From assembly GCA_964291395.2 (NCBI GenBank), contig OZ219858.1, positions 1 through 64,000 of the forward strand: a stretch of DNA of 64,000 nucleotides. Direction: 5' to 3'. This stretch comes from Alphaproteobacteria bacterium. Its GTDB lineage: Bacteria > Pseudomonadota > Alphaproteobacteria > UBA2966. Under the pieces are notes generated by a model that ran no database searches, was not told the origin of the DNA, and was given only the letters and a program-made list of their open reading frames with translations. The first letter of the stretch is position 1. The number at the start of each line of letters is the position of its first letter. The position numbers and the translations under genes are program-made. This document shows, one piece after another, positions 41,645 through 51,066 of this stretch.

Positions 41645-42880
41645 ATGTCAGCTAACACCGCTGCCACGTCCGCCTTCCACGCACCCACGCACCCTTACCG
41701 CTGGGCCATGCTGGCCGGCGTCTGGCTGATCTATTTCTCGTTCGGAATCTTCGTCGCGTCGATGGCGCCGCTCGTGGCGCCGATCACGGCTGATCTCGAG
41801 ATTTCCCATGGCGCCATGGGCACCGTGCTGGGCGCCTGGCCTCTGGTCTACATCGCCTCGTCGATCCCCGCGGGCGCCCTGATCGACCGCATGGGTCCGC
41901 GCCGCTCCATCATGCTGTGCACGGTGCTGATCACGCTGTCGGGCATTCTGCGCGGCATCGCCGACGACCACCTGTCGATGTTCCTGGCAGTGGCCGTGTT
42001 CGGACTCGGGGGACCGTTGATCTCGATCGGCGCACCGAAAGTGATGAGCCTTTGGTTCGAGGGCAAGGAGCGGGGCCTTGCCATGGGGATCTACATCTCG
42101 GGGCCGGCGGTCGGCAACATCACGTCGCTGGCACTCACCAACAGCGTCATGATGCCGTTCTATGCGGGAGATTGGCGCGCCGTCCTGTTCACTTATGCAG
42201 GCGTTGCCGTGCTCTGCGGCGGGCTGTGGGTGCTCATCTCGGCCCACCCGGCGAGTCGCACGATGGAGCGGCAGATCGCGGGAGAGCCCAAGCGTTCTCA
42301 GATTCAGGTGTTCGGAGAGCTTCTGTCGGAGCCCGTCGTGCGTCTCATCCTGGTGATGAGCGTCGGCATGTTCATCTTCAACCACGGACTCAACAACTGG
42401 CTGCCGGAAATCCTGCGTACCGGGGGAATGGATGCCGCCACCGCCGGTTACTGGGCGTCGATCCCGACGGCCGTCGGCGTCTTCGCGGCGCTGTCGATAC
42501 CCCGCTTCGCGACGGAAGACCGGCGCCTTTCGGTTCTGGGCCTCCTGTTCCTCGCGGCCGGTGCCGCCACGATGCTGCTGCACCTCTCCGCCGGGCCGTT
42601 GCTGGCGGTTGGACTCGTATGCCAGGGCATTGCGCGCGGCGCCATGATGGCCGTCTCCATTCTCGTGCTCGTGGAATCGCCCGGCGTGGACTCGCGAAAC
42701 TCCGGCGCCGCCGGAGGCCTGTTCTTTTCCGCGGCCGAGGTGGGCGGTGTCCTCGGTCCGGTCCTGGTGGGAGCGATCCATGACCTGACCGGGGGCTTCG
42801 CCGCCTCTCTCTACATGATGACCGCCATCTGCGCCGTTCTGCTCCTTCTCCTCTGCCGGCTACGGTCGCTGACGCGGTAG
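41645..42880 (+). CDS. MFS transporter (CynX/NimT-like)
   Basis: GALIDRMGPRR, WFEGKERG, NWLPEIL; about 12 TM segments. Confidence 0.85.
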   Translation: MSANTAATSAFHAPTHPYRWAMLAGVWLIYFSFGIFVASMAPLVAPITADLEISHGAMGTVLGAWPLVYIASSIPAGALIDRMGPRRSIMLCTVLITLSGILRGIADDHLSMFLAVAVFGLGGPLISIGAPKVMSLWFEGKERGLAMGIYISGPAVGNITSLALTNSVMMPFYAGDWRAVLFTYAGVAVLCGGLWVLISAHPASRTMERQIAGEPKRSQIQVFGELLSEPVVRLILVMSVGMFIFNHGLNNWLPEILRTGGMDAATAGYWASIPTAVGVFAALSIPRFATEDRRLSVLGLLFLAAGAATMLLHLSAGPLLAVGLVCQGIARGAMMAVSILVLVESPGVDSRNSGAAGGLFFSAAEVGGVLGPVLVGAIHDLTGGFAASLYMMTAICAVLLLLLCRLRSLTR

Positions 42881-43096
42881 TCACGACATGGCACCATCGC
42901 CCCTTCGGGACTCGCCGGCGAAATGCCCCGCAACAGATGCATCGTCGACCGCAGGAACGGGGACGGCGCGACGTTCCTTATTACGGCGATTTACAAGTTC
43001 GCGGATTGCGCCTATTGAGGCCCCGCACGCACGGCACGGCTCCGTGCTCCCGACGACACCCGCACTCGACGGAATGGCTCCGTCCTGGGGCACAAC

Positions 43097-44326
43097 ATGA
43101 CCGATTCAGCGACGGCGGGCGCCGCCTTCAGGCGGCGGGTCATAGTCATCATCGCCGCGGCCAGCGTCATCGCGGCGCTGTCCTTCGGCATCCGGTCGTC
43201 GTTCGGTATCTTCCTGCAACCCGTCTCGGCCGACCTCGGCTGGGGCCGCGAGATCTTCGCATTCTCCATCGCGCTCTCGTCCGTCCTGTGGGGCGCGGCC
43301 CAGCCCTTCGCCGGCATGCTAGCCGACCGCTTCGGCTCGGGCAGGGTCCTTGCCGCAGGCGCCCTGATGTACGCCGCGGGCATCGCGCTCATGGCATGGT
43401 CCTCGACCCCGCTGGCCGCTCACCTCACGATCGGCGTCCTCGTCGGACTGGGCAACGCCGGCTGCGGGTTGTGGATCGTATACGCGGCGGTGGCCAGGGC
43501 TGCGGCCCCGGAACGCCGCACCCTGGCGGTAGGCATCGTGTCGGCCGCCGGATCCTTCGGCCAGTTCGCCGTGGTGCCGATCGGGCAGGCCTTCCTCGAC
43601 ACCTACGGCTGGCAGACCGCGTTCGTCCTGCTGGGGATCGCCGCGCTCGCGATGCTGCCGATGGCCGGCGCCATCACCGGCCGCGCCGCGGCATCGGCCG
43701 TCGCTCCACAGAGGTTCCGGGCCGCGCTGACGGAGGCCGCGCGCCATCGCGGCTACCTTCTGCTCAATGCCGGGTTCTTCGTCTGCGGATTCCAGGTCAT
43801 CTTCATCAGCACCCACCTGCCGGCCTACGTGGCGGACCGCGGCCTGCCGGCGGAAATAGGCGCCTGGACGCTGGCCCTTGTCGGCCTGGTAAACATCGTC
43901 GGCTCCATCGTCAGCGGGATGCTGGGCGACCGCTTCAGCAAGAAGAGTCTCCTCACGCTGCTGTACCTCGGCCGGGCCGTCGTGATCGCGGCCTTCGTCC
44001 TGTCACCCCCGTCCATTGCCGGCACACTGACGTTCGGCGTGGTCATGGGTCTCGTGTGGTTCAGCGTCATACCGCTGACGACGGCCCTGGTCGCTCAGAT
44101 CTTCGGTTCGCAATACCTGGGGACTCTTTCCGGCATCGTGTTCCTCAGCCATCAGACCGGCGCCTTCCTCGGCGCGTGGCTGGGCGGCCGCCTGTTCGAT
44201 GCGACGGGCTCCTACGATGTCACATGGTGGATCGCGGTCGCCCTCGGCCTCGCCGCGGCGGCCCTTCACTATCCCATCGACGAACGGCCGCTCAGGCGCG
44301 CGGCTCCCGCAGAAGGCGCCGCCTGA
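43097..44326 (+). CDS. MFS transporter; its 3' end is the apparent integration target
   Basis: GMLADRFGSGR, GFFVCGFQ, SHQTGAFLGAWLGG. Confidence 0.9.
   Translation: MTDSATAGAAFRRRVIVIIAAASVIAALSFGIRSSFGIFLQPVSADLGWGREIFAFSIALSSVLWGAAQPFAGMLADRFGSGRVLAAGALMYAAGIALMAWSSTPLAAHLTIGVLVGLGNAGCGLWIVYAAVARAAAPERRTLAVGIVSAAGSFGQFAVVPIGQAFLDTYGWQTAFVLLGIAALAMLPMAGAITGRAAASAVAPQRFRAALTEAARHRGYLLLNAGFFVCGFQVIFISTHLPAYVADRGLPAEIGAWTLALVGLVNIVGSIVSGMLGDRFSKKSLLTLLYLGRAVVIAAFVLSPPSIAGTLTFGVVMGLVWFSVIPLTTALVAQIFGSQYLGTLSGIVFLSHQTGAFLGAWLGGRLFDATGSYDVTWWIAVALGLAAAALHYPIDERPLRRAAPAEGAA
44184..44310 (+). repeat. left copy of a 127-bp direct repeat (attL-like)
   Basis: Matches 52939-53065; last 74 bp (44237-44310) identical. 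Confidence 0.93.
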
Positions 44327-44373
44327 CCGGCCACGACGGAGTCCAGGACACTGCAGTAATTTCGGAGACCGTG

Positions 44374-45276
44374 TTACGACTCATCGACCTCCGCAATCAG
44401 CCATTCCCGAAATGCGACCGCTTTCGGTGCTGTAAACGCGGCTTCCGGCCCCACGAAATAATACGCAAGATCGAGCGGCATCGTAGTCGGGAATGGACAT
44501 ACCAGCCGGCCAGCCGCTATATCGTCGGCCGCCAAGGATACGCGTCCCAATGCGACACCCAGCCCGTCGACCGCGGCCTGCAGCGCGAAAACAGACTGAG
44601 CGAACCGTAGTCCTCGCGTGGGATCGACCCCCTCTACCTCGGCCGCGAGCAACCACATCGTCCAATCCGGGCTCACATCCGCGAAATCATACGTATCGTC
44701 GTGAATAAGCATGTGGGAACGCAAATCCGCAGGCGCCTTGAGCGGCGATTTCCCTTCAAGCAAGCGCGGACTGCACATGGGCGTTACCGCCTCGGATAGC
44801 AATTTTTCGACTCTGAGCATCGGGTAATTGCCGTCACCGAACCGAACGGCGAGATCGATGTCCGATGTCGAGAAGTCAACCAATTCAATCGTCGTGGAAA
44901 GCCTTACGTCGACATCGGGGTGGGCACCGAGAAAACGATCCAGCCGCGGGATCAACCATTTTGCGGCGAAGGACGGTGCGGTACTGATGGTGAGGACGTT
45001 TTTCGTTTTCTCCTTCCGCGCTTCATCCAGGGCGGCGGCAATTCGCATGCATCCTTCGCGGATACCGGGCAGGAACGCCTGCCCGGCGTCGGTAAGACGC
45101 ACGGCACGATTGAAGCGTAGGAACAGCGGCACGCCCAATAATTCTTCCAGGGACTTGATCCGCTGGCTGATGGCAGCCGGCGTGACTTTCAGTTCCTGAC
45201 CCGCGCGCTGAAAGCTCAGGTGCCGCGCACAAGCTTCGAACGCCTGCAACTGTTCAGTCGAGGGCAGACGTACCAT
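44374..45276 (-). CDS. LysR family regulator, GcvA-like
   Basis: LQAFEACARHLSF..AAISQRIKSLEE, SFAAKWLIPRL, GLGVALG. Confidence 0.9.
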   Translation of the reverse strand: MVRLPSTEQLQAFEACARHLSFQRAGQELKVTPAAISQRIKSLEELLGVPLFLRFNRAVRLTDAGQAFLPGIREGCMRIAAALDEARKEKTKNVLTISTAPSFAAKWLIPRLDRFLGAHPDVDVRLSTTIELVDFSTSDIDLAVRFGDGNYPMLRVEKLLSEAVTPMCSPRLLEGKSPLKAPADLRSHMLIHDDTYDFADVSPDWTMWLLAAEVEGVDPTRGLRFAQSVFALQAAVDGLGVALGRVSLAADDIAAGRLVCPFPTTMPLDLAYYFVGPEAAFTAPKAVAFREWLIAEVDES

Positions 45277-45561
45277 GGTATGCGCCGATAGAGCTTCTTT
45301 GTCCGAAATAATAACCGGGCGGATAACAGAGTATCGTACAAACGGATCACGCCAAAGCGTTCGTCCCGACTCAGAAGCTTGGGAGGACGGGACGCTCGCA
45401 TGCTGGACATCGATCACGGAATCCAGCCCGGATACCTCGCGGCGACCCGTCTAATGAGACTGATCTCAGTGTCCTTTTACGCGGATCTCGACTCTCGGAT
45501 CAGCCGGCAGGCATTTGTGCTCACCGGTACTCTGCACTCGGTGAAATTCGAGGCGCACTAC

Positions 45562-46164
45562 TCAAAAGCGGTTCTTTATCCTTCGTGCCATTGTTTCCGG
45601 CGGGGTGCCGAAGGCAAAGTGAGTGAGATAGCGACCATCCGGCGCCATCAGGAACGTGACGGTGGAATGGTCGAGCACGTAGTCCCCATCTGTGAGGACC
45701 GTTTTTCTGTAGTACGTGCGAAACGCCTTCGCAGCCGTCGCCACCTGGTCTGCCGTGCCCGTCAAACCGGCAATTTGTGGATGGAAGTTCGCGACGTACT
45801 CGGCAAGGACCTGAGGCGAGTCCCGTTCCGGATCCAAGGTTATGAACAGCGGTTGGATTTTCCGGGCGTCGACCCCGAGCCTGTCCAGTGTCATCGAGAT
45901 TTCCAGCAACGTGGTCGGGCAGATGTCGGGACAGGAAGTGTAGCCAAACGAGATGAGCAGATACTTCCCCCGGTAGAACTCATCGGTCACGGCCCGTCCG
46001 CTGTGGTCGATGAGTTCGAACCGTCCGCCAATGTGGAAAACCTTAACGCTTCCGGTGGTTGAAACCTTCGATTCGGCGTATACGCCGGGTCCACCGGTCG
46101 AAAGGGTCGTCAGCGCAAAGAAGGCGACGGTCGCCAAAGCGGTCTTACTTGTCGATCTCTTCAA
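45562..46164 (-). CDS. SCO1/SenC family copper-binding protein
   Basis: FGYTSCPDICP (CxxxC), DPERD, LDHS; TTG start after GAGGAG; signal/anchor N-terminus. Confidence 0.9.
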   Translation of the reverse strand: MKRSTSKTALATVAFFALTTLSTGGPGVYAESKVSTTGSVKVFHIGGRFELIDHSGRAVTDEFYRGKYLLISFGYTSCPDICPTTLLEISMTLDRLGVDARKIQPLFITLDPERDSPQVLAEYVANFHPQIAGLTGTADQVATAAKAFRTYYRKTVLTDGDYVLDHSTVTFLMAPDGRYLTHFAFGTPPETMARRIKNRF

Positions 46165-46213
46165 GAAAGACTCCTCGACCCGACTTTCGGTGCAGCCTCG
46201 AACGGCAATCGAT

Positions 46214-47458
46214 TCAGTGGCAGTAGGCGACCGCGCCAGCCATATATAGGCCCCAGGGCTCCTTACCCACATCGTCAATCACCTTCACGAGACGTTGCTT
46301 CGGAACGTCGATCACCGCAACTTGAGCGGTCTTGCTGAGCGCGATGTAGACCTTGGTACCATCGGGTGTCGTCACGCCAATCTCGGGCGACGAGGGCAAC
46401 GGAATTTCCGCGACCACCTCGGGCTCGGTCAGGTCGACGACCAACGCCTTGTTCTCGGCCCGACTCGGGATCACCGCCGTGGTCTCGAACCAACCCGTGT
46501 TGACCCCCGTCATGTCCCGTGCGCCAGGGATGCGGGCCATCTCCTCCAGCGTCCGCATGGAGATGACAGAGATCGTCCCGTCGCCGTTGTTGAGAGAAAT
46601 CAACTGGAGGCTGTCCGCCGTCGCGTAGGTACGAAACGGCACGTCCCCTAGAACCAGGGTCTTCACCTTCTCCTGCGTGCGCAGGTCGATGACGGTCAAC
46701 GTGTCGCTGGCTCCGTGCGAGGCAAATCCCCTGGATCCGAAGGTGGTGCGGCTGAGGTTGATGACGCCCGGGATCAGCCGCTGCGTTCCCGGATCGACTA
46801 TCCCCATTCTGTCACCGGCGGTGTACGCTCCGATCCCGCCCGATGCCGGCCGCCGGTCCGTTGGGCCGATCGGAATCTCCCCGACCACCTCGCCACTGGC
46901 GACGTCGATGACGCTTACCTCCGCCGACCCTAGATTGCCGACATAAAGCAGCTTCCCGTCGGGACCGAAGACCATGGTGTCCGGACCGTGCAGGCCGGGC
47001 ACCGTTCTCAGCACGCGGCCGTGCCGTAGCGAGACGAGAAAGACTTTTCCGGCCTCGACGCTGCTGGCCGCCACGATCTCGCCGTCGCGGTCGATCTCCA
47101 TACGATCCGGATCGTCCCCGAGCTCGATCCTACGGACCACCGCGAGGGTTTCCAAGTCTACCACTGCGATGCTGTCGTCCACGGTGTTGCTGGCAAGCAG
47201 GAAACCCAGCGGCCTGGATGTACTCGCATCCGTCGGAAGCAGAAGCTGATTGGGAATCTGGTCGAGCCGGAGCGTGGTCTCGAGTTCGTCGGACTCGGTG
47301 TCGATAATCGCCACCTCGCTGGTCGCGCGGTCGGGCACGAATACATAGCGCCGCACGTCGTCGAGCGCCGCCACCGGGTGAATGACCGCGAGCAGAAGCC
47401 CGGCCATCGCGCCGACCCGAACCGCGACGGTCGTCGGCGGACGGGCTCTGCCTAGCAC
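46214..47458 (-). CDS. YVTN/YncE-type beta-propeller protein, probably exported
   Basis: Repeated ..VSVID/..TPDGTKVYI/..GPDGKLLYVGN blades; hydrophobic N-terminus; ends in YCH; GTG 2 nt after the chaperonin stop. Confidence 0.82.
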   Translation of the reverse strand: MLGRARPPTTVAVRVGAMAGLLLAVIHPVAALDDVRRYVFVPDRATSEVAIIDTESDELETTLRLDQIPNQLLLPTDASTSRPLGFLLASNTVDDSIAVVDLETLAVVRRIELGDDPDRMEIDRDGEIVAASSVEAGKVFLVSLRHGRVLRTVPGLHGPDTMVFGPDGKLLYVGNLGSAEVSVIDVASGEVVGEIPIGPTDRRPASGGIGAYTAGDRMGIVDPGTQRLIPGVINLSRTTFGSRGFASHGASDTLTVIDLRTQEKVKTLVLGDVPFRTYATADSLQLISLNNGDGTISVISMRTLEEMARIPGARDMTGVNTGWFETTAVIPSRAENKALVVDLTEPEVVAEIPLPSSPEIGVTTPDGTKVYIALSKTAQVAVIDVPKQRLVKVIDDVGKEPWGLYMAGAVAYCH

Positions 47459-47460
47459 CG

Positions 47461-49059
47461 TCAGCCCCCGCTCTCCGCGGCTGGGGCATCTCCGATCAGG
47501 ATGTCGTCGATACGCAGGATCGTGACGGCGACCTCGGTCGCCGAGGCGAGCGCCTGGGTCTTTATCTCCAGGGGCTCGAGAATCCCGGCTTCCCAGGCGT
47601 CGACGAGCTGCCCCGACACGACGTCGAATCCGCACCAGGTGTCGTGCCGCTCATGACGGGCTTCCACCAAGCTCAACTGGTCGATCGCATCTGCACCGGA
47701 GCTCTCTATGAGCGTCCGCGGCACGACGGTCATGGCATCGGCGAACGCTTCGGTGACGAGACGCTCCTTCCCTGTCAGCCCCGCGCGTGCGCGCTCCCTC
47801 AACCGCCGGGTCAGCTCGACCTCGACAGCCCCGGCCCCGGCCACCACCTTGCCACGCGTCAGCGCGCTGCCGATATCACCCACCGCATCTTCGAGGGCCC
47901 GCCGGGCCTCTTCCGCGGCATGCGCCGTGCTCCCCTTCACGAGTAGCGTCACCGCCTTCGGATCCTCGCAATCCTCCACGTAAATGAACGTCGACTTTCC
48001 GAGGGTTTCCTCGTGAATCCTGCCCGCTCGGCCGAGATGGGCGGCGTCCAGCATGTGCGGCGACGAGACGATCCGGGCTCCGGTCGCCTTGGCGAGCCGC
48101 ACCAGATCGCCGCGGGGGACCCGGCGGACTGCGAAGACCCCGGCCTGGCTCAGGAAGTCGTCCGCCGGCTCCTCGATATTCTGCTGGCAGAACAAAACAT
48201 TGCAGCCCGAGGCAACGATCCGTTCGACCATCTCGGCCAGATTCTTCCGCTCCTGCTCCACGAAGGCCTGCATTTGACGGGGGTCGCTGATGTGAATCTG
48301 GGTGGCGATCTCCGGGTCCTTGATCTCGATCGGCTGATCGATCAGCCCCACGTTCGCCCTTTCGACGCGCGTCGGCATGGACGGGTGCGCGCGCTCCCGC
48401 GCCAGCAGCACGCCCTTCATCAGCGTGCTGGCCTCGGTCGGCTCACCGACCATGCGCTCTAGCTTCACTCCGTCGTCGTCGATCACCGCGCGCTTGCCGT
48501 CGTACCGGATCACCTTTCTCACCGCCTGGATGGCGAGCGATGCCAGCGTTTCCTTAGCCGATTCGACGGCCTTTCCGGTCATTGCGGTATGGGCGACCCG
48601 CGTGATGATCTCGTCGTCGTCGGGACCGACCGCCTCGCCGATGTCCTCGAGGATCTCCTGGGCCATGCGTTCGGCGGTGCGAAAACCTCGGGCGATGACG
48701 GCTGGATGAAGGTCCATCTCCAGCAGGTCTTCAGCCTTGCGCAACACCTCGCCGGCGAGCACGATGACGGTCGTCGTGCCGTCTCCGACTTTGTCCTGCT
48801 GCGTGACGGCCGCCTCGATGGCCAGCTTGGCGGCGGGATGCCTGACCCGCATTTCGTTGAGGAGCGTGAAGCCGTCGTTCGTCACGACGATGTCGCCCAG
48901 GCCGTCGACGACCATCTTGTCCATGCCCTTGGGCCCGAGCGTGGAGCGCACGGTTTGGGCAAGGGCATGGATGACCGAGATGTTCGACCGGTGGGCGTCC
49001 CTGCCGGTCGTCCTTTCCATGTCCTCGGATACTCCGAGCGTGTCCCGCCTGTTCACCAT
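47461..49059 (-). CDS. group II chaperonin (thermosome/CCT-like) subunit
   Basis: GRDA..NI, RSTLGPKGMDKM, VTNDG, HPAAK, GDGTTT, AMTGK, lid-like segment IHISDPRQMQAFVEQE, NVLFCQ, VPRTL, ILRIDD; 532 aa. Confidence 0.93.
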   Translation of the reverse strand: MVNRRDTLGVSEDMERTTGRDAHRSNISVIHALAQTVRSTLGPKGMDKMVVDGLGDIVVTNDGFTLLNEMRVRHPAAKLAIEAAVTQQDKVGDGTTTVIVLAGEVLRKAEDLLEMDLHPAVIARGFRTAERMAQEILEDIGEAVGPDDDEIITRVAHTAMTGKAVESAKETLASLAIQAVRKVIRYDGKRAVIDDDGVKLERMVGEPTEASTLMKGVLLARERAHPSMPTRVERANVGLIDQPIEIKDPEIATQIHISDPRQMQAFVEQERKNLAEMVERIVASGCNVLFCQQNIEEPADDFLSQAGVFAVRRVPRGDLVRLAKATGARIVSSPHMLDAAHLGRAGRIHEETLGKSTFIYVEDCEDPKAVTLLVKGSTAHAAEEARRALEDAVGDIGSALTRGKVVAGAGAVEVELTRRLRERARAGLTGKERLVTEAFADAMTVVPRTLIESSGADAIDQLSLVEARHERHDTWCGFDVVSGQLVDAWEAGILEPLEIKTQALASATEVAVTILRIDDILIGDAPAAESGG

Positions 49060-49233
49060 GCCGATAGCCCTCCCTCACCGGCGCGCCCACTACCGGCCTG
49101 GCAAGGAGCCTCCCAAAATCCCGGATTGCCGGGGATTGCGAGCGGCTCCTTCCTCAGGCTCCGCACCGTGCGTGGGCGTCCGTCCCCACGGCCCTCGCGA
49201 AAGGAGGGGTGGCTTCCGTCGCCGGCCCGTCGG

Positions 49234-50559
49234 CTAGATCCGGAACGCCTTCATTGCCTCTCCCCAGGCGCGTTTGCGGAAGGCATCGGACGTCACGTCC
49301 ACCGTGCCCTCCGTCATGACGCCGGTGATGGGCTCGAAGGGTTCCGTGAGCTCCGGCGCGTGATGCGTGTCGATCAGTTCGTCGAGCTTGAACTTCTTCT
49401 TGCCCAAACCGATCTTCATCATCGTATCGTTCCACAGCGAGTCGACCGACGCGTAGTTGAGCCCGTAGTGCCAACGGGCCCGGAAGTACTCCGACACCCA
49501 TTCCACGGGGGCGGGCGTACCGGAAACCTGGGCGGCGATCTCGACCGTCTCCCCCCAGTTGTCCCGCATGAACTCGCAGGCCTTCTTGTGGCCCTCGATC
49601 ACCGCGAGGATCATCTCGTCGGGAAGACCCGGCCGAGCCGCCAGCCCAACGCACTGCACGTAGGTCTGGGTGTCCCGGCCGTCGGCGCTCATCATGTGGT
49701 CGCCGCCGTCGAGGCAGTGGCCGATCACCTTGGCCTCCTTGAAGTATTCCGGATACGAGTCGTACTGCTCGCAGATGGTCTGCGCGTCGACCTGGCCCGT
49801 GACCAGGGCCGTGGCCACCTCGGGTGGCGGCAGGTAGTGGATCTTGAAGTCCTTCTCCGGATCGAGCCCGTGGTCCATGATGGTCCGGAAGCACGCGGCG
49901 TGCGTGATCGTCCCGGGCACGAGCGTGGATATCCGGACGGGATCTCCGTCCGCCTTCCGCTTGGCCGCATACTCGAAGAACTTAGGGAAATCCGTGAGGC
50001 CCTGATCGTAGAGTTCCTGCCGGACGGCCCAGCCGCCGTGGCCGACCATGCCGCCCACGATGTGCTTCGAGGGGATGCCCTTCTGGGCCGCGACCCCGGG
50101 CGTGTTGCTGCCGACGTAGGCGAAGTCAATCTCTTCCGCGATGAACGCTTCCATCACCTGCGGACCGGAGGGCGCGCCGAGGAACTTGGTATCCCAGCCC
50201 ATGCTCTCGAAGATCCCCTTCTTCTCGAGAATGTAGCCCAGGAGCTCACAATCGAGAGTATTGATGTAGCCGTATCGTATAGTGCCTTTCGTGGCACCCT
50301 TCGTGGACGTCCCGGCTTTCGCGCCGGTCGGGGTCGCCGCGATCGAACTCGCAAGGGCGAACGCCGTGCCGCCCGCCGCCGCGGCTTGACCGAACTCGCG
50401 ACGCGTGAGACTACGGGCACGCACGCGGTCCAACTCTGCCCTGTGTTCGTGATACTCCCGGTGGGTCTTCTGAAACGCCTTGGGCGTTATGTCCGGATCC
50501 ATGACCAAGTCCCAGAAGCCCGTCTCTCCGGTCCCATCCTGGTTGCGCTTGGTTGTCAT
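49234..50559 (-). CDS. NitT/TauT-family ABC substrate-binding protein with twin-arginine signal
   Basis: RBS AAGGAG; LTRREF followed by an Ala-rich helix; SGPQVMEAFIAEEIDFAYVG typical of SsuA/NrtA-like SBPs. Confidence 0.8.
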   Translation of the reverse strand: MTTKRNQDGTGETGFWDLVMDPDITPKAFQKTHREYHEHRAELDRVRARSLTRREFGQAAAAGGTAFALASSIAATPTGAKAGTSTKGATKGTIRYGYINTLDCELLGYILEKKGIFESMGWDTKFLGAPSGPQVMEAFIAEEIDFAYVGSNTPGVAAQKGIPSKHIVGGMVGHGGWAVRQELYDQGLTDFPKFFEYAAKRKADGDPVRISTLVPGTITHAACFRTIMDHGLDPEKDFKIHYLPPPEVATALVTGQVDAQTICEQYDSYPEYFKEAKVIGHCLDGGDHMMSADGRDTQTYVQCVGLAARPGLPDEMILAVIEGHKKACEFMRDNWGETVEIAAQVSGTPAPVEWVSEYFRARWHYGLNYASVDSLWNDTMMKIGLGKKKFKLDELIDTHHAPELTEPFEPITGVMTEGTVDVTSDAFRKRAWGEAMKAFRI

Positions 50560-50624
50560 CTTCTTGCTCCTTCGCCGCCGTTGCTGTCGCGCCTGCATTC
50601 AGTGTGATCCGACGGTAACGGCGC

Positions 50625-50861
50625 CTATTCCGCCGCTTGCGGCTTTCGTTTGATGGTCAAGCCTTCGGGTTCATCGCCGTATTCCGGCAGATGCTCCCCC
50701 GCCTTGTAATGATTGAAGCCCGGATGTTCTCGCACGATGACGTAGACGTACTCCCGTGGCGCCTCGAAATGGTCCACGACCGCATTCGTGAGGGCTTCCT
50801 GAAGCGCATGAATGTCTTCTCTGGAGCGGCCCTCCCGCACATCAATCTGAATGATCGGCAT
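50625..50861 (-). CDS. 4-oxalocrotonate tautomerase-superfamily protein, CaaD alpha-subunit-like
   Basis: N-terminal Pro1 (MPIIQIDVREGRS) and GEHLPEY; 78 aa. Confidence 0.85.
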   Translation of the reverse strand: MPIIQIDVREGRSREDIHALQEALTNAVVDHFEAPREYVYVIVREHPGFNHYKAGEHLPEYGDEPEGLTIKRKPQAAE

Positions 50862-51003
50862 AACTTTACTCCCGCGTGTTCACTTCAGCTTCGCGGCCCG
50901 TCACATTAACCCGCACGACCCGGCCGCCCGAGGAAACGCACGAGCCGATGAGTAGAAGTATCGGCCTGCACCGGGATCCTGGCAAACGAATAGTGACAGC
51001 GTC

Positions 51004-51026
51004 TCGGATAAACCCGGTTTATCCGA
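51004..51026. promoter_or_regulatory. perfect inverted repeat in an intra-operon spacer
   Basis: TCGGATAAAC-CCG-GTTTATCCGA. Confidence 0.45.
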
Positions 51027-51066
51027 AGAATTGGGACTTGCCCGCCCTCGCGCCATTTTCACGAAC

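Noticed and set aside
46200-46222. Sec readthrough at the YCH-TGA end of the beta-propeller
   Set aside because: Readthrough adds only about 22 unremarkable residues overlapping the SCO start, with no convincing SECIS; a natural stop is more likely.
47461-49059. GroEL (group I chaperonin)
   Set aside because: It has TLGPKGMDKM and ILRIDD thermosome motifs plus a lid-like segment, not GroEL's GPKGRNV; no groES.
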